Assembly: GCA_041288095.1 (NCBI GenBank)
Contig: JBGGMJ010000043.1
Location: forward strand, 1 to 46,082
Reading direction: 5' to 3'
Origin: Myxococcota bacterium
GTDB lineage: Bacteria > Myxococcota > XYA12-FULL-58-9 > JALHOP01
DNA length: 46,082 nucleotides
A model generated the notes under the pieces. It had not been told where the DNA came from. It worked only from the letters and a program-made list of their open reading frames with translations, and did not search any database. Below, piece after piece: positions 38,817 through 46,082 of this stretch (within the stretch, counting starts at the first letter, position 1; every line of letters starts with the position of its first letter). The position numbers and the translations under genes are program-made.

Positions 38817-41117
38817 ATGGACGTGCGGTGTCCCTCTTGCGGGACCGATTACGAGCTTGATGACGCACGCGTGCCCGACACCGGGTTACCGGTGAAGTGC
38901 AGCAAGTGCGGACACGTGTTTCGTGCGGTCCGTCCGTCGTCTGGCTTCGCCGCCGGCCCAGCCAAGATCGTCACTGGGATCCACTCGACCGTGACCGAGT
39001 GGATGATCCGGCGCACGAGCGGCGAGATGGTGCGCTTCCGCGAGCTCACGACGCTGCAGCGCTGGATCGTCGAGCGCAAAGTGACCCGCGTCGACGAGAT
39101 CTCGAAGACAGGCAAGAAGTGGGAGAAGCTCGGCAACATTCCCGAGCTCGCGATCTTCTTTCAGGTCATCGAGAACCAAGGCGGGGCGCTCCCCGACCCC
39201 ATTGCCGATGACACCGAGCCGATGCCGGTGGTGCCGCTCGTCACGCGCGACGATGACGACGTCGCGCTTCCGCCCAGCCGCGAATGGTCGGCGAATCCTC
39301 CGCCCGCGATTCCCGTCGCCATCAAGCCGAGCTGGCCGGTCGACAAGCCCTGGGTCCCCATGCACGGCGGTGTCGTGGTGCCGCCTCCGCCACCCAAGCC
39401 GACCGACCCCGGCATCCAGGTGCCCTTCCGCAGCGGCGCCGACCCATTCTCCGAGACCCTGCCCGATCCCACGGGCGTTAATCCCGTCATCGATGGTCCG
39501 CCAAAGCCGGCAATGCCGGGACCGGCGATGGAGGCCGGCGAGACGCGCCAGGAGACCGTGCGCTGGGACCTGGCGCCCAACCTGCCCGACGACGTCCGCG
39601 AGGAATACGAGGTCGGCGGTGGCCGGCCTGGTCGCGAAACGCTCGTGCCCAAGCGTTCGCACGCCGGTCAGACCCTGATGGTCATCGCCGCCGTCGCGCT
39701 CGGGGCGTTGGCGATCACGTACGTGATGCGCCCCGCGTGGCTCACCTCGATCTATCGGCGCTATGTCGCCGGCGTGCCCCCCGCGGCCATTCACTCGGTC
39801 GAGGAGGCGTACACGGCCTTGTTGCTCGACACCGGCGCGAGCATCGACACGGCGGTCGAGAAGCTCGAGGCGGCACTGGGACTCGACGGCAGCTACGGCG
39901 CGGCGCGCGCCGGTCTCGCGGAGGCGCTTGCGGTCCGCGCGGACGCCGGCCGTGAGCTCGCTGACCTGCGCGGCGCTTTGCTCGCCGCGACCCCCGCCGT
40001 CGATCCCGCACCGGAGCTTGCCGCGCTGGCCGAGCTACGCCGCAAAGCCGAGGCCGACCTGGAGCGCGCCCGCGCCGAGGCGGCGCAAGCACTCGACATC
40101 GACTCGGCGGGCCTCGCGTCGAACCGTGCCATGCTCGAGGTCGTCCGCTTGGGCGGAGACCGAAACCGTATCGATCAGTTGGCGATGATCGCGCATGCCG
40201 CCGGCCCAGATGACGTGCGCTTGAACATCATCATGGCTGAGATCGCGCTACCCGAGCCCTCGCAGGCGGATCGTGTGCAGAAGCACCTCCAGGACGCGTT
40301 GGCCAAGGAACCCAGAGCGAACCACGCCCGGTATCTGCTGGCGCGGTTGCATCTGGCGCGCGACCGCAAGGACGAGGCGATGGCGGCGCTCAAGGAGCTC
40401 GTCGCCGCGACGCCGGCGCACGAGCGGGGCGTGGCGTTGCTGAAGTCGCTGGAGCAGGGGTTGCCCGCGCAGCCACAGGTGGGAACGCCGACGCCGGAGA
40501 CGCCGGTCGCCGACGGGCCGACGGCCGACAAGCCGACCGCCGACGGGCCGACCGCCGACAAGCCGACGGCCGACAAGCCGATCGCCGATGCGCCGACCAC
40601 GGAGAAGCCGGCGACCGACAAGCCGGCGACCGAGGTGCCCCCGACGGGGCCGAAGACCGCCGACGATCCGTCCCTCACTTTCGCCGAAGCCATCTCGCGC
40701 GGCGAGCGTTTGCGCGAGTCCGACAAGCCGACTCTGGCTGTCCGCTATTACGAACGTGCCGCGGTATTGAACCCGCGTGATCCAGACGCGCACCTGGGCG
40801 TCGGCTTCTGCCGCCTCGACCTACGCGAGACCAACGCGGCGATCGCCGCCTTCCGCCGCGCCATCGACTTGTCGCCGCGCTTCTCCGACGCCCACTTCGG
40901 CCTCGCCGAGGCGTACCGCGCCCGCGGAAACAAGATCTACGCTATCCGTTATTACAAACAGTACCTCGACATCGCGCCTCACGGTCCGGACTCCGATGTG
41001 GCGCGCAGCCAGCTCGCCAAGCTCGAGGACGACAACTCCGAGGTACCCACGCCTCCGCCCGCGCCGCAACCGAGCGTTCCCGAACCGCCCCCGCCGCCCC
41101 CGGCGCCATCACCATGA
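38817..41117 (+). CDS. Zinc-ribbon (MJ0042-type) membrane protein with periplasmic TPR repeats
   Basis: MDVRCPSC...[13 protein letters not shown]-like [13 protein letters not shown], Pro-rich linker, single TM and several TPR motifs. Confidence 0.85.
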   Translation: MDVRCPSCGTDYELDDARVPDTGLPVKCSKCGHVFRAVRPSSGFAAGPAKIVTGIHSTVTEWMIRRTSGEMVRFRELTTLQRWIVERKVTRVDEISKTGKKWEKLGNIPELAIFFQVIENQGGALPDPIADDTEPMPVVPLVTRDDDDVALPPSREWSANPPPAIPVAIKPSWPVDKPWVPMHGGVVVPPPPPKPTDPGIQVPFRSGADPFSETLPDPTGVNPVIDGPPKPAMPGPAMEAGETRQETVRWDLAPNLPDDVREEYEVGGGRPGRETLVPKRSHAGQTLMVIAAVALGALAITYVMRPAWLTSIYRRYVAGVPPAAIHSVEEAYTALLLDTGASIDTAVEKLEAALGLDGSYGAARAGLAEALAVRADAGRELADLRGALLAATPAVDPAPELAALAELRRKAEADLERARAEAAQALDIDSAGLASNRAMLEVVRLGGDRNRIDQLAMIAHAAGPDDVRLNIIMAEIALPEPSQADRVQKHLQDALAKEPRANHARYLLARLHLARDRKDEAMAALKELVAATPAHERGVALLKSLEQGLPAQPQVGTPTPETPVADGPTADKPTADGPTADKPTADKPIADAPTTEKPATDKPATEVPPTGPKTADDPSLTFAEAISRGERLRESDKPTLAVRYYERAAVLNPRDPDAHLGVGFCRLDLRETNAAIAAFRRAIDLSPRFSDAHFGLAEAYRARGNKIYAIRYYKQYLDIAPHGPDSDVARSQLAKLEDDNSEVPTPPPAPQPSVPEPPPPPPAPSP
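40509..40643 (+). repeat. 15-bp coding tandem repeat ([10 protein letters not shown]), about 9 degenerating units
   Basis: gccgacgggccgacg gccgacaagccgacc gccgacgggccgacc gccgacaagccgacg ... Confidence 0.85.
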
Positions 41118-41133
41118 CCTCGAGGTTTTTCGA

Positions 41134-41433
41134 ATGAGCAAAGAAGCGCCCATCGACCGCGCCGCCGTCGTGCATGTCGCGAAGCTCGCGCGGCTGACCG
41201 TCACCGACGCGGAAGCCGATGCCTTGACGCGCGACATGCAAAGCATCCTCGCCTACGTGAAGAAGCTCGATGAGCTCGACGTGAGGGAGGTCGCCGCGAC
41301 CTCGCACGCCGTGCACCTCGAGACTCTCCTGCGACCCGACGAGCCGCGGCCGTGCATGCCGCTCGAGAAGGTCATCGCCAACAGCCCGGAACGCATCGGC
41401 GATGGTTTCGGCGTTCCCAAGATCATCGAGTGA
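41134..41433 (+). CDS. gatC: Asp/Glu-tRNA amidotransferase subunit C
   Basis: [10 protein letters not shown]...[12 protein letters not shown]...LRPD...FGVPKIIE; directly upstream of gatA. Confidence 0.95.
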   Translation: MSKEAPIDRAAVVHVAKLARLTVTDAEADALTRDMQSILAYVKKLDELDVREVAATSHAVHLETLLRPDEPRPCMPLEKVIANSPERIGDGFGVPKIIE

Positions 41434-41438
41434 CGACC

Positions 41439-44335
<2,897 letters not shown>

Positions 44336-44483
44336 CGCACCGCACTATCACTTTGCGTCATTCGTCATTTCCCGCCTTGTCGGGGACCACCCGGACGCGC
44401 ATAACAAGCCCCTCGGGTTAGCGCACAGATCGATCGGCTTCGGTTGTCCACGAAGCTAACAGCACGCGTGTTCGGGGGGATAC

Positions 44484-45074
44484 ATGGACTTCGAGCGGAC
44501 TAAGGGCCGGGCGGGTTCGTCGTCGGCGCATGGCTTGATCAACGTCGCGGCGCGCGTCATCTCTCCCAAACGCACCGGCTCGCCGTTCGACGCACTCTAC
44601 GCCTTGCTCACGGGCAACGCGTTCGACGGCGGTGCGTCGCAGCGCAAGGTCGACATGAGCATGCGCTACGTCGAGCACGTCCTCGGCATGTACTGCCATC
44701 TGCCGGTCATCGAGGCGCTGCCGAAGGTCGTCGACGCGCTGTTCGCGTACACCGCAATCGACTCGACCCTGCGCGCGGCGCTCACGGGACATGTGGCCGG
44801 TGCCGAGGGCAACCACGGGGTGAGCTACGAGCTCGCGCATCAAGTCCGGGAGCGCGTCCGCCAGAGCCTCGCCACGCACCTCGCTTGGCGGCGCGACGTC
44901 AAAGGTGAGTCGATTTTGGCGGACCTCGAGCTGGACGACATGGTGGTGCAATTCACGCGCACCGTCCGCGACGTGTTCAGTCGGTCCCTTCGCGAAGGCG
45001 CGGCAATCCTCGCTGATCCGCAAACCCGCGACGATGTCGCTAAGCGCTGCCTTTCTGTGCTTGCTGGCGACTGA
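44484..45074 (+). CDS. Hypothetical protein
   Basis: GGGGGA RBS-like run before the ATG, coding-like codon usage, no recognised domain. Confidence 0.6.
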   Translation: MDFERTKGRAGSSSAHGLINVAARVISPKRTGSPFDALYALLTGNAFDGGASQRKVDMSMRYVEHVLGMYCHLPVIEALPKVVDALFAYTAIDSTLRAALTGHVAGAEGNHGVSYELAHQVRERVRQSLATHLAWRRDVKGESILADLELDDMVVQFTRTVRDVFSRSLREGAAILADPQTRDDVAKRCLSVLAGD

Positions 45075-45225
45075 TCCATTGCCGAATCGAACGAACTAAG
45101 GCAACTTAGCGCCGCTCGTCCGAGTGGCGATCGCCCGCCCGTTTCTTGTCGTCATTCGCGAAAACACCAAATGTACGAGCCCGTTTGGTGACTCAGGGCG
45201 CGGTACGCGCAGCGGATAGAGAAAT

Positions 45226-46082
45226 ATGGGTAAGAAGATCGCACTCGCGGTTCTCGCGGTGCTGGTGATCGTTGGCGTTTTGGCGGGCATCAAGGCCGCG
45301 CAAATCGGCGCGATGATCAAAGCGGGCGAGAGCTTCAAGATGCCGCCGACCGTGGTTACGGCGAGCGAGGCAAAGGAAGAAACCTGGCAGCCGACCCTGA
45401 CCGCGGTTGGAACCCTGAACGCCGTTCAGCAGGTGACCATCGCTCCGGAGTCGCCGGGCCAGGTGAAGCACATCGCTTTCCAGTCGGGTCAGATGGTGCA
45501 GCAGGGCCAGCTCTTGGTCCGCCTCGACACGCAGGTGGAGGCGGCGCAGCTCGCGTCCGCTGAAGCAGACGCGAAGCTCGCGCGCGTGCAGCTCGGGCGC
45601 ACCCAGAAGCTCTTCGAAACCAACGCCATTTCGCAAGCCGAGCTCGACAGCGCCGAAGCGAAATCCGCTTCCGCGGAGGCTCAGGTCGCCAATCTCCGCG
45701 GTCTCATCGATCGCAAGACCGTCAAGGCGCCGTTCGCCGGCCGTCTCGGTATCCGCCAGGTCGACCCGGGCGCATACGTCACCAGTGGCGCGCCGATCGT
45801 CACCTTGCAGACGCTCGGTCAGATGTACGTCGACTTCAGCATGCCGCAGCAACGCCTGGCGCAGCTCAAAGCCGAGCAGGTCGCGCGCATCACCTCCGAT
45901 GCTTTCCCCGGCGTCGAATGGATGGGCAAGGTCCTGACCGTCGACGCCGCCGTCGACGAGGCGACACGCAACGTCAAGGTGCGCGCTATCGTGGACAACC
46001 CCGAGGAGAAGCTGCGCCCCGGTATGTTCGTCGACGTCGCGGTCCTTTTGCCGACGACCGAGAAGGTCATTGTGGTGCCGGC
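45226..46082 (+). CDS. RND efflux periplasmic adaptor (membrane fusion protein), runs off window end
   Basis: Absent from the ORF track because it has no stop in the window. Reads MGKKIALAVLAVLVIVG..., AVGTLNAVQQV, GQMVQQGQLLVRLD, APFAGRLG, LRPGMF. Confidence 0.92.
   Translation, partial: MGKKIALAVLAVLVIVGVLAGIKAAQIGAMIKAGESFKMPPTVVTASEAKEETWQPTLTAVGTLNAVQQVTIAPESPGQVKHIAFQSGQMVQQGQLLVRLDTQVEAAQLASAEADAKLARVQLGRTQKLFETNAISQAELDSAEAKSASAEAQVANLRGLIDRKTVKAPFAGRLGIRQVDPGAYVTSGAPIVTLQTLGQMYVDFSMPQQRLAQLKAEQVARITSDAFPGVEWMGKVLTVDAAVDEATRNVKVRAIVDNPEEKLRPGMFVDVAVLLPTTEKVIVVP

Noticed and set aside
45096-45130. GCAAC-containing motif upstream of the RND adaptor
   Set aside because: No matching -10 box at 14-15 nt. 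It is better explained as a small CTAAG-GCAA-CTTAG hairpin.

Overview
High-GC bacterial chromosomal segment, probably Myxococcota or a related deltaproteobacterial lineage. This is inferred from an FHA-domain sigma54 activator, a Ser/Thr kinase with a PEGA-like tail, a TraB-like beta-barrel/TSP3/OmpA protein, a myxobacterial-type PilZ protein and a zinc-ribbon/TPR protein. The housekeeping backbone is a 2-oxoacid dehydrogenase E2-lipB-lipA block, moeB, a GDPD, orn, a Gld-like ABC module, a PpiD-like foldase, an acyl-CoA dehydrogenase, radA, an MFS transporter, an S9 peptidase, pcrA/uvrD, gatCAB and the start of an RND adaptor. I saw no rRNA, tRNA, CRISPR array or intact mobile element. Two things stand out. 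(1) A 2.9-11.1 kb surface-signalling island: Pro-rich repeat protein, FHA-sigma54 activator, a sigma54 -24/-12 element pointing into a ~90-nt structured ORF-free segment (candidate sRNA), a TPR-like membrane protein, a kinase with a CGA-heptamer array, an FG-GAP-like lipoprotein and the TraB-like protein. (2) Four dispersed genes without signal peptides (three unknowns, one with GNAT-like motifs, plus a peptidoglycan-binding M15 peptidase) share an upstream CGCAAC-N14/15-GCCGA(T/C/A)A motif with a sigma28-like -10 box, degenerate in one copy. This may mark an alternative-sigma regulon of exported effectors. A frameshifted HNH nuclease remnant lies at ~29.5-29.9 kb. All family calls are by-eye motif recognition; no database searches were run.
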